DNA of 64,000 nucleotides from an uncultured Candidatus Saccharibacteria bacterium. GTDB taxonomy: Bacteria > Patescibacteriota > Minisyncoccia > UBA6257 > CAYRSR01. The notes beneath the pieces are model-generated. The model was not told the DNA's origin and did no database searches. It saw only the letters and a program-made list of their open reading frames with translations. The translations under genes and the position numbers were made by a program. Location: the NCBI GenBank assembly GCA_964427275.1, contig CAYRSR010000002.1:1956-65955 (forward strand), read 5' to 3'. This document shows positions 1 to 8,823 of the stretch, in pieces (positions within the stretch are counted from its first letter, which is position 1; each line of letters opens with the position of its first letter).

Positions 1-368
1 GAAGTCCCTTTTATTACATCGTAAATAAACTTATCATCAAAACCTATCTTTGCCGCATCATTTCTTGTGCAGCCGTAATATAATTTCTTCATTTTAGCCC
101 AATGAATTGCTGCAAAACACATAGGACATGGCTCACAAGAAGAATATATCTCGCAATCAGAAAGATCGAATCTCTTTAATTTAGCAGAAGCTTTTCTTAT
201 AGCTACAATTTCGGCATGAGCAGTAGGGTCATTAGTTTTAATAACCTCATTATGGCCCTTTGCAACAATCTTTCCATTTCTTACTATAACTGCACCAAAG
301 GGGCCGCCATCGTTTTGTCTTAAACCTTTAAAGGCTTCTTCAATGGCTATTTTCATAAATTTATTCAT
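1..368 (-). CDS. guaD: Zn-dependent nucleoside/guanine deaminase (cytidine deaminase fold), 3' end runs off window
   Basis: Manual translation from ATG at 368: MNKFMKIAIEEA..GGPFGAVIV..HNEV..NDPTAHAEIVAIRKA..SSCEPCPMCFAAIHWA..GFDD. HAE and PCxxC motifs present; GFDD is typical of Bacillus-type GuaD. Not in the ORF track. Confidence 0.75.
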   Translation of the reverse strand, partial: MNKFMKIAIEEAFKGLRQNDGGPFGAVIVRNGKIVAKGHNEVIKTNDPTAHAEIVAIRKASAKLKRFDLSDCEIYSSCEPCPMCFAAIHWAKMKKLYYGCTRNDAAKIGFDDKFIYDVIKGT

Positions 369-403
369 ATTTAGTTTGTTTACAAACTAAGATATATTAA
401 TAC

Positions 404-494
404 TGGCGGTGGGGGTGAGATTCGAACTCACGATACCCTTTTGGGGTATAGCGGTTTTCAAGACCGCCCCTTTCAACCACTCAGGCACCCCACC
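404..494 (-). tRNA. tRNA-Ser(UGA)
   Basis: Reverse complement GGTGGGGTGCCTGAGTGG..GCGGT-CT-TGA-AA-ACCGC, long variable arm, GTTCGAATC, ends GCCA with CCA encoded. Confidence 0.95.
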
Positions 495-645
495 ATAATA
501 AATTTAAAATATAAATATCAAAATGTAAAATGACAATTAAAAATTCAAAATTAACAAATTCTAAAAATGTAAAATGTAAAAATCAAAAATCAAAATACTA
601 TAATCAATTTTCAATTTTCAAATTGTTAATTTGTTTGAAAATTAG
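495..645. repeat. AT-rich heptamer-periodic intergenic element, copy 1
   Basis: Units such as AAAATGT, AAAAATC and CAATTTT. Shares ATCAAAATGTAAAATGACAATT.AAAATTCAAAAT.AACAAAT with 57767-57809 and AATCAATTTTCAATTTTCA..ATTTGTTTGAAAATT with the 14425 element. Confidence 0.8.
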
Positions 646-692
646 CTCGCCCACTCGCAATACTTAGGTCTATATTGATGAGCAGATTATAG

Positions 693-765
693 TGCCCCGA
701 CTAGGATTCGAACCCAGATCTTATCCTTAGGACGGATCTGCTCTATCCAATTGAGCTATCGGGGC
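693..765 (-). tRNA. tRNA-Arg(CCU)
   Basis: Reverse complement GCCCCGATAGCTCAATTGGATAGAGCA-GATCC-GT-CCT-AA-GGATA..GGTTCGAATCC..TCGGGGCA. Confidence 0.9.
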
Positions 766-814
766 TTTACAACTTTAAAATTATACTATAAAATTTAATT
801 GATAACAATTAATT

Positions 815-888
815 GGGCGTATAGCTCAGTTGGTTAGAGCGCTACGTTGACATCGTAGAGGTCTCCTGTTCGAGTCAGGATACGCCCA
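815..888 (+). tRNA. tRNA-Val(GAC)
   Basis: GGGCGTATAGCTCAGTTGGTTAGAGC..CTACG-TT-GAC-AT-CGTAG..GTTCGAGTC..TACGCCCA. Confidence 0.95.
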
Positions 889-897
889 CTTAAAGCT

Positions 898-971
898 GGG
901 CCGTTAGCTCAGTTGGCTAGAGCGTCTGCGTGGCACGCAGGAGGTCAAGGGTTCAAGTCCCTTACGGTCCA
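898..971 (+). tRNA. tRNA-Ala(GGC)
   Basis: GGGCCGTTAGCTCAGTTGGCTAGAGC..TCTGC-GT-GGC-AC-GCAGG..GGTTCAAGTCC..ACGGTCCA; G3-U70 pair present. Confidence 0.95.
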
Positions 972-993
972 CAGAAACAAAGCTCAAGCTAAA

Positions 994-2040
994 ATGAAAG
1001 AAAAATCTAGAATAATAACTACAATTAAGAAAGTAATACCTGCAGTGGTTTCAATTGTTATTACTAAACGTCTTCGACAGTTAGAAGAAGAATTGAGAGA
1101 AAGGTTTTATCCTTTTTATCCCTTGCTTCCTCCAATTCAAATCCCAAGAGAAATGATTGGTCCAGGAGGAAGAATAAGAATTGGTGGAGGTTCTGGATTT
1201 ATCTTTGATTCCTCCGGCTTAATTTTAAGTAATCGACATGTAGTTTCTGAACCTAATGTTGAATATACTGTAATTACTCATGATGAAAAAAGATATCCAG
1301 CTAGAGTTCTAGCAACAGATCCAACTACAGATGTAGCAATTATTAAAATTGAACCTAAAAAACCCTTACCAATAGTTAAACTCGGAGATTCAAATGAACT
1401 GGAATTAGGACAAACAGTTTTAGCAATAGGATATGCTTTAGGAATATTCCGAAACACTGTGTCCAAAGGAATAATTTCTGGTTTAAGCAGAGCAATTGTA
1501 GCCAGGACCAAAGGATTGTTACTGGAAGAAAGTGAAGAAAGACTTAAGGGATTAATTCAAACCGATGCTGCAGTCAATTTAGGAAATTCAGGGGGACCGC
1601 TTGTAAATGTTTTTGGAGAAGTAATTGGAATAAACGTTGCAGCAGTAATTGGAGCAGAAAATATTGGCTTTGCTATTCCAATTAATACTGCTAAGAAGAC
1701 TTTGGCTAGCTTTAAAAAATATGGCCGAATAGCTAGGCCATTTTTAGGGGTTAGATACTTAACTATAAATAAACAGGTTCAGCAGGAACTAAAACTGCCA
1801 GTAGGTTATGGAGCATTGATTATTAAAGCTAGAGGCGCGATAGTTTTAGGCAGTCCGGCAGATAAGGCTGGTTTACTTCCCGGTGATATAATTTTAGAAT
1901 GCAATGGAAAAAAGATTAGTACTAAAAAAACCTTATCAGATCATCTGGAAGAATTTAATGCTGGAGATAAAATTGAATTAACCGTACTCAGAGGAACTGA
2001 AAAATTTAGAATAAAAATTACTTTAGCTGAAAGACCTTAA
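994..2040 (+). CDS. htrA: HtrA/DegP-family trypsin-like serine protease with one PDZ domain
   Basis: GSGFI, SNRHVV, TTDVA, IQTDAAVNLGNSGGPL and a C-terminal PDZ (GSPADKAGL..GDII). Start moved to ATG 994 because the track start at 913 lies inside tRNA-Ala. Confidence 0.9.
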   Translation: MKEKSRIITTIKKVIPAVVSIVITKRLRQLEEELRERFYPFYPLLPPIQIPREMIGPGGRIRIGGGSGFIFDSSGLILSNRHVVSEPNVEYTVITHDEKRYPARVLATDPTTDVAIIKIEPKKPLPIVKLGDSNELELGQTVLAIGYALGIFRNTVSKGIISGLSRAIVARTKGLLLEESEERLKGLIQTDAAVNLGNSGGPLVNVFGEVIGINVAAVIGAENIGFAIPINTAKKTLASFKKYGRIARPFLGVRYLTINKQVQQELKLPVGYGALIIKARGAIVLGSPADKAGLLPGDIILECNGKKISTKKTLSDHLEEFNAGDKIELTVLRGTEKFRIKITLAERP

Positions 2041-4445
2041 ATTACCAGATTAATAAGCTTATCTGGAATATAAATTATTTTCTTAATCTTTTTACCTTGA
2101 ATATATCTTTTTATTTTTTCAGAATTTAAAGCTATTTCTTTTACTTCTGATTCAGATAAACCACCTATTACTTCCAATTTGTCTCTCAACTTACCATTTA
2201 CTTGAATAATCAGAGTAATTTTTTCTGCTTTAATTAATTCAGGATTGTATTTAGGCCAGCTTTGAGTAAATATGGATTTTTTATTTCCTAGCCTTTGCCA
2301 TAATTCTTCAGCTATATGAGGAGTAAATGGAGCAATTAACTTTATCAAGCTCTCATAAGTAGACTTTGATATATAAGGCTGTTTTTCTATTTCATTTACC
2401 AATACCATTAAAGTTGAAACGGCAGTATTAAATCTAAAATCTTTAATATGTTCAGTAACCATTTTAATACTTTGATGTAAAAGTTTTTGAATTTGACTGG
2501 ATTCAGGCTTTAATTCTTTAATTTTAGATTGTAATTTCCAAATTCGATTTAAAAATCTGTAGCAACCAACTACACTTCGATCTGACCACTCAGTAGCTTG
2601 TTCAGCAGGACCCATAAACAATTCGTATAATCTTAGTGTATCCGCTCCATATTTTTTGATTAATTCATCTGGCACAACTACATTTCCCTTAGATTTGGAC
2701 ATTTTTGCTCCATGTCGATAAACTGTTCCCTGATTGAATAACTTAGAAAATGGTTCGTCAAAGTCAATAAGTTTCTTATCAAATAAGAATTTAGTAAGAA
2801 ACCTTGCATACAACAGGTGCATTACTGCATGTTCTGCTCCACCAATATACAAATCAACCGGCAGCCATTTTTTAATTTTTGATTTCGAAGCAAATTGCTT
2901 TGAATTTTTTGAATCAATATATCTAAGAAAGTACCAGGAAGAACAAACAAAGGTGTCCATTGTATCAGTTTCACGAAAAGCTTTTCCTCCACACTTAGGA
3001 CACTTTACTTTTACAAACTTCTCACTTTTAGCCAGTGGTGACTTTCCTCCTCCAGCTGGTTTAAAGTCCTTAATTCTGGGCAGAATTACTGGCAATTCCG
3101 ATTCGGGAACTGGAACCCAACCACATTTAGAACAGTGTATCATTGGTATTGGAGCACCCCAGTATCTCTGCCTGGAAATTAACCAATCCCTAAGTTTATA
3201 GTAAACTTCTTTCTTTCCTAGATTGTTTTTTTGCAAATACTGAGCGATTTTTGCTCTAGCTTGTTTGGAAGTTAATCCGGAAAACTTTCCTGAATTTATT
3301 AATATTCCATCCTCAACATAGGCTTCATCTGGAAAGTTAGATTTTCCAGATTTTGGTCTAATAACTTCAATAATTTTTAAGTTATGTTTCCTGGCAAAAT
3401 CAAAATCTCTTTGGTCGTGAGCAGGAACTGCCATAATTGCACCGGTTCCATATTCTCCAAGTACATAGTCAGCCACATAAACCGGCACTTGCTTCTGATT
3501 AACTGGATTTATTGCTAATATTCCTTTTAGTTCAATTCCAGTTTTTGACTTATCTTGAGAAGTTCTTTCAATTTCAGTTTTCTGTTTAGCTTGTCTAATA
3601 TATCTTTTAACCGAGTTAAAGTTTGAAATTCTTGGCTTAAGTGTTTCAATTATAGGATGTTCCGGAGCTAAAACGATATAAGTACAACCAAATAAAGTAT
3701 CAGCTCTGGTGGTAAATACATCAACTGAAAGTTTAGAATTCACAATTTGGAACCGAACAGTAACTCCGGAGGACTTACCAATCCAGTTTCGCTGCATTAA
3801 TTTTATATTTTCGGGCCAATCAATTTTTTCCAAATCTTTCAATAGTCTTTCAGCATATTTAGTAATCTTAAAAAACCATTGCTCAAGGTCTTTTTGTTTA
3901 ACCAGACTACCACATCTTTCACACCTGCCATTAATTACTTGTTCTCTAGCCAAAACAGTTTTACATTTTGGACAATAATTTACAGCTGATTTTTCCCGAT
4001 AAGCTAATCCAGCTTTGTACAATTGTAAGAACATCCATTGAGTCCATTTGTAATAATCTGGAGTTGAGGTATTAATTTCTCTACTCCAATCATATCCTAA
4101 TCCGGAGCTAATCATTTGTTTTTTAATTCGATTAATTGACTTTTTTGTAGTTATTCTTGGATGAATTCCGGTTTTAATAGCAAAGTTCTCGGCTGGTAAT
4201 CCAAAAGCATCCCAGCCCATTGGATGAAGAACATTATAACCTTGCATCAATTTCTGTTTGGCTATCAGGTCAGAAATAGTGTAACCTTTAAGATGTCCAA
4301 CGTGAAGTCCGTAAGCAGAGGGATAAGGAAACATGTCCAAGCAATAAAACTTTGGTTTCTTCGATCTATCTGAAGCTCTAAAAATCTTAAGTTCTTCCCA
4401 ATTTTTTTGCCACTTTTTCTCAATTTTTTGAAAAGGATAAGACAT
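2037..4445 (-). CDS. leuS: Leucine--tRNA ligase
   Basis: MFPYPS, HVGH, GWDAFGLPAEN, DWLISRQRYWG, KMSKS; 802 aa. Confidence 0.98.
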   Translation of the reverse strand: MSYPFQKIEKKWQKNWEELKIFRASDRSKKPKFYCLDMFPYPSAYGLHVGHLKGYTISDLIAKQKLMQGYNVLHPMGWDAFGLPAENFAIKTGIHPRITTKKSINRIKKQMISSGLGYDWSREINTSTPDYYKWTQWMFLQLYKAGLAYREKSAVNYCPKCKTVLAREQVINGRCERCGSLVKQKDLEQWFFKITKYAERLLKDLEKIDWPENIKLMQRNWIGKSSGVTVRFQIVNSKLSVDVFTTRADTLFGCTYIVLAPEHPIIETLKPRISNFNSVKRYIRQAKQKTEIERTSQDKSKTGIELKGILAINPVNQKQVPVYVADYVLGEYGTGAIMAVPAHDQRDFDFARKHNLKIIEVIRPKSGKSNFPDEAYVEDGILINSGKFSGLTSKQARAKIAQYLQKNNLGKKEVYYKLRDWLISRQRYWGAPIPMIHCSKCGWVPVPESELPVILPRIKDFKPAGGGKSPLAKSEKFVKVKCPKCGGKAFRETDTMDTFVCSSWYFLRYIDSKNSKQFASKSKIKKWLPVDLYIGGAEHAVMHLLYARFLTKFLFDKKLIDFDEPFSKLFNQGTVYRHGAKMSKSKGNVVVPDELIKKYGADTLRLYELFMGPAEQATEWSDRSVVGCYRFLNRIWKLQSKIKELKPESSQIQKLLHQSIKMVTEHIKDFRFNTAVSTLMVLVNEIEKQPYISKSTYESLIKLIAPFTPHIAEELWQRLGNKKSIFTQSWPKYNPELIKAEKITLIIQVNGKLRDKLEVIGGLSESEVKEIALNSEKIKRYIQGKKIKKIIYIPDKLINLVI

Positions 4446-4549
4446 TAATTTCTAATCAGCTAAGTTCTGATGGTTTTATTATATAATAAAATAAACAGAA
4501 AGCAATTGAATATTGAAAACTAGCTTAAAGTTGACTATAGTTAGTTAGT

Positions 4550-5527
4550 ATGGAAAAGAAAAAAGTAGTAACAATTGGTGGTGGAACAGGAAGCTATAAC
4601 CTACTGAGGGGATTAAAAAAATACACTGATAAAATTGAAATTAGTGCAATAGTGACAATGATGGATTCAGGGGGAAGTTCAGGAATACTAAGAGACGAAT
4701 ATGGAGTTTTACCGCCGGGAGACATCAGAAGATGTTTAATAGCCTTATCCGATGAAACTGAAATCCTTAAAAAGCTATTTAATTACAGGTTTCATTCTAA
4801 AAAAGGAAATAGTTTGTCAGGCCATAACTTTGGCAATTTGTTTTTAACTGCACTGGAAAAAATACTAAACAGCGAACAAAAGGCAATTAAGTTTGCTTCC
4901 AAAATTTTGAAAGTAAGAGGTAAAGTATTGCCGGTAACTTTTCAAAGCACTCATCTGTATGCACGCCTGGAAGATGGAACCCTAATTAAAGGAGAATCAG
5001 TAATTGATTTGCCTCGTTCAACTTCAAACTTAAGAATTAAAAGACTATATCTAAAACCTCCGGCAGAGGCAAATCCAGAAGTTTTAATAGCTATAAAACA
5101 GGCTCAGGTTATAATAATAGGCCCGGGAGATTTATTTACCAGTATTATTCCAAACCTAGTAGTTAATGGAGTATCCAAAGCTATTAGAAAATCAAAAGCC
5201 TTAAAAATTTATAACTGCAATATAATGACCAAATATGGTGAAACCAATGATTTTTCAGTTTATGACCACTTGGCTACCATTGAAGAGTATATTGGTTGTC
5301 CTTGTATTGATGTTTTAACCTATAACAGCAAAAAATTGAGGTCAAAGATTTTGAAAAGATACCAACGAGAAAAAGCTAAACCAGTAAAATTTATCCAGAA
5401 TGAATTCAAGTCTAGAAATATAGAAATAATCGGTAGAAATTTAGTTACCGAACCAAATGTAGCCAGGCATGACCCGGAAAAAATTGGAAAACTAATTATG
5501 AAAATAATCTCTAAAAGGTTGAGCTAA
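4550..5527 (+). CDS. yvcK: YvcK/CofD-like (UPF0052) protein, gluconeogenesis factor / UDP-sugar-binding
   Basis: IGGGTG, DSGGSSG.LR, LPPGDIRRCL, GHNFGNL, GPGDLFTSI, RHDP. Confidence 0.9.
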   Translation: MEKKKVVTIGGGTGSYNLLRGLKKYTDKIEISAIVTMMDSGGSSGILRDEYGVLPPGDIRRCLIALSDETEILKKLFNYRFHSKKGNSLSGHNFGNLFLTALEKILNSEQKAIKFASKILKVRGKVLPVTFQSTHLYARLEDGTLIKGESVIDLPRSTSNLRIKRLYLKPPAEANPEVLIAIKQAQVIIIGPGDLFTSIIPNLVVNGVSKAIRKSKALKIYNCNIMTKYGETNDFSVYDHLATIEEYIGCPCIDVLTYNSKKLRSKILKRYQREKAKPVKFIQNEFKSRNIEIIGRNLVTEPNVARHDPEKIGKLIMKIISKRLS

Positions 5528-5539
5528 AAGTTAAGTCAC

Positions 5540-6445
5540 TTAAGGACTCCAGTTTATGATTATTTCCTCTACTAGCGGAGTAGTTTCTTTGCAGGGATCA
5601 GATTCTAAAATCACTTTATACCTGAAATAGCGATGATTATTATGGTAACTTCGGTTAATCTTTATTGGGAAATTTGGGCCAATTGGCTCATAAACGTCAG
5701 TTTCTAAACCGGTTCCTCCAGGTCCTAGAAACTTCCATTCACCAGTATCACATTGAGGAGGATTGGTAGCTCCATTTGGACAATTTGAGGAGGCAAATTG
5801 AAACTTAACTTTGGTACCAGATGGCTTGTATCCCTTCCACATAAGCGAATTAAATCCAGCTCCTGATTCTATTCCAGTATCGTATACTAAAGAAACAAGA
5901 TAACCTGTTTTTCCAGAAGTAGACCAGGAAGTTTTTACTTTATAATCAATTGGTCCCTCAGCACCAGGATTGTTGCTATTAAAGGAAATCCAGCCAATTA
6001 TATCATTCCAGGCCCAACCCTGGAAGTTTCCTGCAGCATCAATAGTTACTCGATAATTTGATTGGGTGCAAACATTCAAATCACGACAATTAAAGGAAAT
6101 CCAGCCAATTACCTCGTTCCAGGCAAAACCGGATAATTCTCCGTTACAGTTGTTTTCAACTTTAAAGTTAGAACTGCTGCAGATATTTCCATTGGGGGAA
6201 GTTTCACAATCAAGGGCAATATAACCTACACTGGAACTAGCGTATCCTTTAATTTTGTAATCAGTTACTTCCACATTGCCGGTAGAATAGAAATCAATCC
6301 AGCCAATAATATCATTCCAGGCCCAGTGCTCCCCTTCTTCCGAACTAATATTAGTAGCTGCAGCTGCTTGTTTTGTTTCAAATAATAGGCAAATTTGGAT
6401 TATTAAAATAGTTAACAATAGTAATTTCAGTAGATTTTTTTTCAT
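5540..6445 (-). CDS. Secreted hypothetical protein with three (G/W)AWNxxIGWI(S/D)F repeats
   Basis: N-terminal signal-like hydrophobic segment; repeats WAWNDIIGWIDF, FAWNEVIGWISF, WAWNDIIGWISF; several Cys pairs. Confidence 0.8.
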   Translation of the reverse strand: MKKNLLKLLLLTILIIQICLLFETKQAAAATNISSEEGEHWAWNDIIGWIDFYSTGNVEVTDYKIKGYASSSVGYIALDCETSPNGNICSSSNFKVENNCNGELSGFAWNEVIGWISFNCRDLNVCTQSNYRVTIDAAGNFQGWAWNDIIGWISFNSNNPGAEGPIDYKVKTSWSTSGKTGYLVSLVYDTGIESGAGFNSLMWKGYKPSGTKVKFQFASSNCPNGATNPPQCDTGEWKFLGPGGTGLETDVYEPIGPNFPIKINRSYHNNHRYFRYKVILESDPCKETTPLVEEIIINWSP

Positions 6446-6490
6446 AATTCTAGTATAATATTATTATACTGAATAAACCATTATCCGTAA

Positions 6491-7408
6491 ATGCGAAGTA
6501 TCTATGATATTAAAGAAAACTTACACTGGATAGATATTCTTTCTCCTTCTCCGCTAGATTTGCAGTATCTGAGACAAAATTATAACTTTCACTCAGTAAT
6601 TCTGGATGAGCTTTTACACCTTTCCAGTCGAGGAAAAGTAGATAGGTTTGAAGACGATTATCTTTACATAGTATTTCGGATTCCGGTTTACGATATTAAA
6701 GAAAAAACTTCAAAATGTGGCGAAATTGATTTACTTATTACCAGAAATAGTCTAATCACTGTTCACTACCAGCCTTTGCAGCCAATTGAAGAGTTTGAGA
6801 GAAAGTTAAAGAATAAAAAATTAATAGAGGAAATCAATGATACTGCCAGATTAACCTATCAGTTTCTGGAAGAGGTTAATCAATTTTCTTTACATCAACT
6901 CCAACGTATTCAGGAAAAAGTAAACCAGGTTGGAGAGCAACTTTTTGCTAAACATCAACAGGATTTACTAGAAAGAATTTCCTGGATTAAAAGAGATTTA
7001 GTTACTATAGGAATGATTGTCCAACCTCAACTTAGGATATTAGAATCTTTACTATCAGTCTGTTCAGATTTCTGGGGTAAGCGCGCTGAAGTGTATTTTT
7101 CAGACTTACTAAACGACTATGGTAGAGTAATTAACTTATTTGAAAGCTTAAAAACTACTCTATCTGATTTCGAAACTACCAATGCCCAACTACTGAACTA
7201 TAAGTCAAATGATGTAATGAAAAAATTTACTGTACTGGCTTTTTTAACATTTCCATTAATGCTGGTGGTAGCAATAATTACTATTCCGACAATTTCTGAA
7301 GCAATTGAAAACTGGATGGGATTAAATGGATTTATTCTATTAATTCTGGGCTCAGTACTAACTATGGGTTTACTAGCTTACATTTTCAGAAAGAAGGATT
7401 GGATGTAG
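6491..7408 (+). CDS. corA: CorA-family divalent cation transporter
   Basis: WIDI..P, large soluble domain, NDVMKKFTV, two C-terminal TM helices, FRKKDW end. The canonical GMN motif is not present. Confidence 0.8.
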   Translation: MRSIYDIKENLHWIDILSPSPLDLQYLRQNYNFHSVILDELLHLSSRGKVDRFEDDYLYIVFRIPVYDIKEKTSKCGEIDLLITRNSLITVHYQPLQPIEEFERKLKNKKLIEEINDTARLTYQFLEEVNQFSLHQLQRIQEKVNQVGEQLFAKHQQDLLERISWIKRDLVTIGMIVQPQLRILESLLSVCSDFWGKRAEVYFSDLLNDYGRVINLFESLKTTLSDFETTNAQLLNYKSNDVMKKFTVLAFLTFPLMLVVAIITIPTISEAIENWMGLNGFILLILGSVLTMGLLAYIFRKKDWM

Positions 7409-7439
7409 CTACCTAAGCTTAATACTTAACCACATAATA

Positions 7440-8819
7440 ATGGTCTATATTTTTGACACCTTATCTGAAAAAATTAAACCCCTTCCAAAGAAAATTAACC
7501 TATTTGTGTGTGGTCCTACAGTTTACGATTATGTTCACATTGGCCATGCCAGATTATACCTGGTATTTGACATGCTGGTCAGATATTTAAGATTTAAAAA
7601 ATTTAAAGTTTTTTATTTACAGAATATTACCGATATTGATGATAAAATAATTGACAAAGTTAAAAGTAAAAAGAATAAATTTACTAGAAAAGATATACTA
7701 AAACTAGCTCACTTTTATGAAAAAAAGTACCTTGAGGATATGCAAAAAATTAACATTAATACGGTAGATGCCTATGCCAGAGCTTCTGAGCACATTAAAG
7801 AAATAATAAGCCAGATTAAAAAATTGATTGAGCTAGGATATGCCTATCAAACTATGCGAGGAATCTATTTTGAAGTAAAGAAGTTTAAAAACTACGGAAA
7901 GTTATCCAAACAGAATTTAGATGAATTGAGACCAGGCTGGAGAATTGAACCAGACCCGCAAAAAAAAGACCCTTTGGATTTTAGTCTGTGGAAATTCTGG
8001 AAATTAGGCTGGAAATCTCCCTGGGGAATAGGCCGACCTGGCTGGCACATTGAAGATACAGCTATAGCTTATAAGTTTTTTGGACCTCAGTATGATCTAC
8101 ATGGTGGTGGAATGGATTTAAAGTTTCCTCATCATGAATCAGAAATAGCTCAAATGGAAGCTTTTTCTTCCAAAAGGCCAATGGTTAAAGTCTGGATGCA
8201 TGTTGGATTACTAAAAATAAATGGGAAAAAAATGTCCAAAAGCTTAGGAAACTATCTAACTTTAAGAGATTTTTTAAAGCCAGATGTTAAAAAAAGAGTA
8301 AATTTATTGAGATTGATGGTGGCAAGCTATCACTATCGTTCACCACTAAACTATACCGAAAAACTACTAAAACAAACCGAAAGTAAGTTTCAAAACTTAA
8401 TTGAATTTCTGGAAAAATTAAGAATGATTAAGCAGAGTCAGAAAATTCTAAAGATTTCCTACCAATTAAAATTGGCTCAAAAAAACTTTCAACAGGCTCT
8501 GGACAAGGATTTTAACACTCCTAAAGCTTTAGGAGTGTTATTTAAACTTATTTCTGAAATTCAAAGAGACCTTTGGAAGCTGAATAAGACCCAGGCAAAG
8601 CAGATTAGCAAGTTTATTCAAGAAAGGTTGAAAATTTTTGGAATTGAGTTAAACTTAACTGGAGTACCAGAGTTAATAAAAAACTTAGCTAAACAACGAG
8701 AAAAGTTTAGAAAAAACAGACAATGGAATGAAGCAGATAAATTACGAAAAAAAATAAACAAACTAGGATATCAGATAGAAGATACCCCAGCTGGACCATA
8801 CATAAAGCCAATCACTTAA
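7440..8819 (+). CDS. cysS: Cysteine--tRNA ligase
   Basis: CGPTVYD, HIGHAR, NITDIDDKII, GRPGWHIE, DLKFPHHE, KMSKS. Confidence 0.97.
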   Translation: MVYIFDTLSEKIKPLPKKINLFVCGPTVYDYVHIGHARLYLVFDMLVRYLRFKKFKVFYLQNITDIDDKIIDKVKSKKNKFTRKDILKLAHFYEKKYLEDMQKININTVDAYARASEHIKEIISQIKKLIELGYAYQTMRGIYFEVKKFKNYGKLSKQNLDELRPGWRIEPDPQKKDPLDFSLWKFWKLGWKSPWGIGRPGWHIEDTAIAYKFFGPQYDLHGGGMDLKFPHHESEIAQMEAFSSKRPMVKVWMHVGLLKINGKKMSKSLGNYLTLRDFLKPDVKKRVNLLRLMVASYHYRSPLNYTEKLLKQTESKFQNLIEFLEKLRMIKQSQKILKISYQLKLAQKNFQQALDKDFNTPKALGVLFKLISEIQRDLWKLNKTQAKQISKFIQERLKIFGIELNLTGVPELIKNLAKQREKFRKNRQWNEADKLRKKINKLGYQIEDTPAGPYIKPIT

Positions 8820-8823
8820 AACT

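Noticed and set aside
495-645. Possible CRISPR array in the AT-rich repeats
   Set aside because: No identical 25-40 nt repeats separated by unique spacers, and no cas genes in the window.
913-993. N-terminal extension of the HtrA ORF (MARASAWHAGGQGFKS..)
   Set aside because: It is a translation of tRNA-Ala(GGC); the real start is ATG 994.
3725-3760. Heptamer-like sequence inside leuS (RFQIVNSKL) and a similar A-rich patch in cysS near 7655-7690
   Set aside because: Too short to distinguish from AT-rich codon usage, and no clear length insertion could be established by eye.
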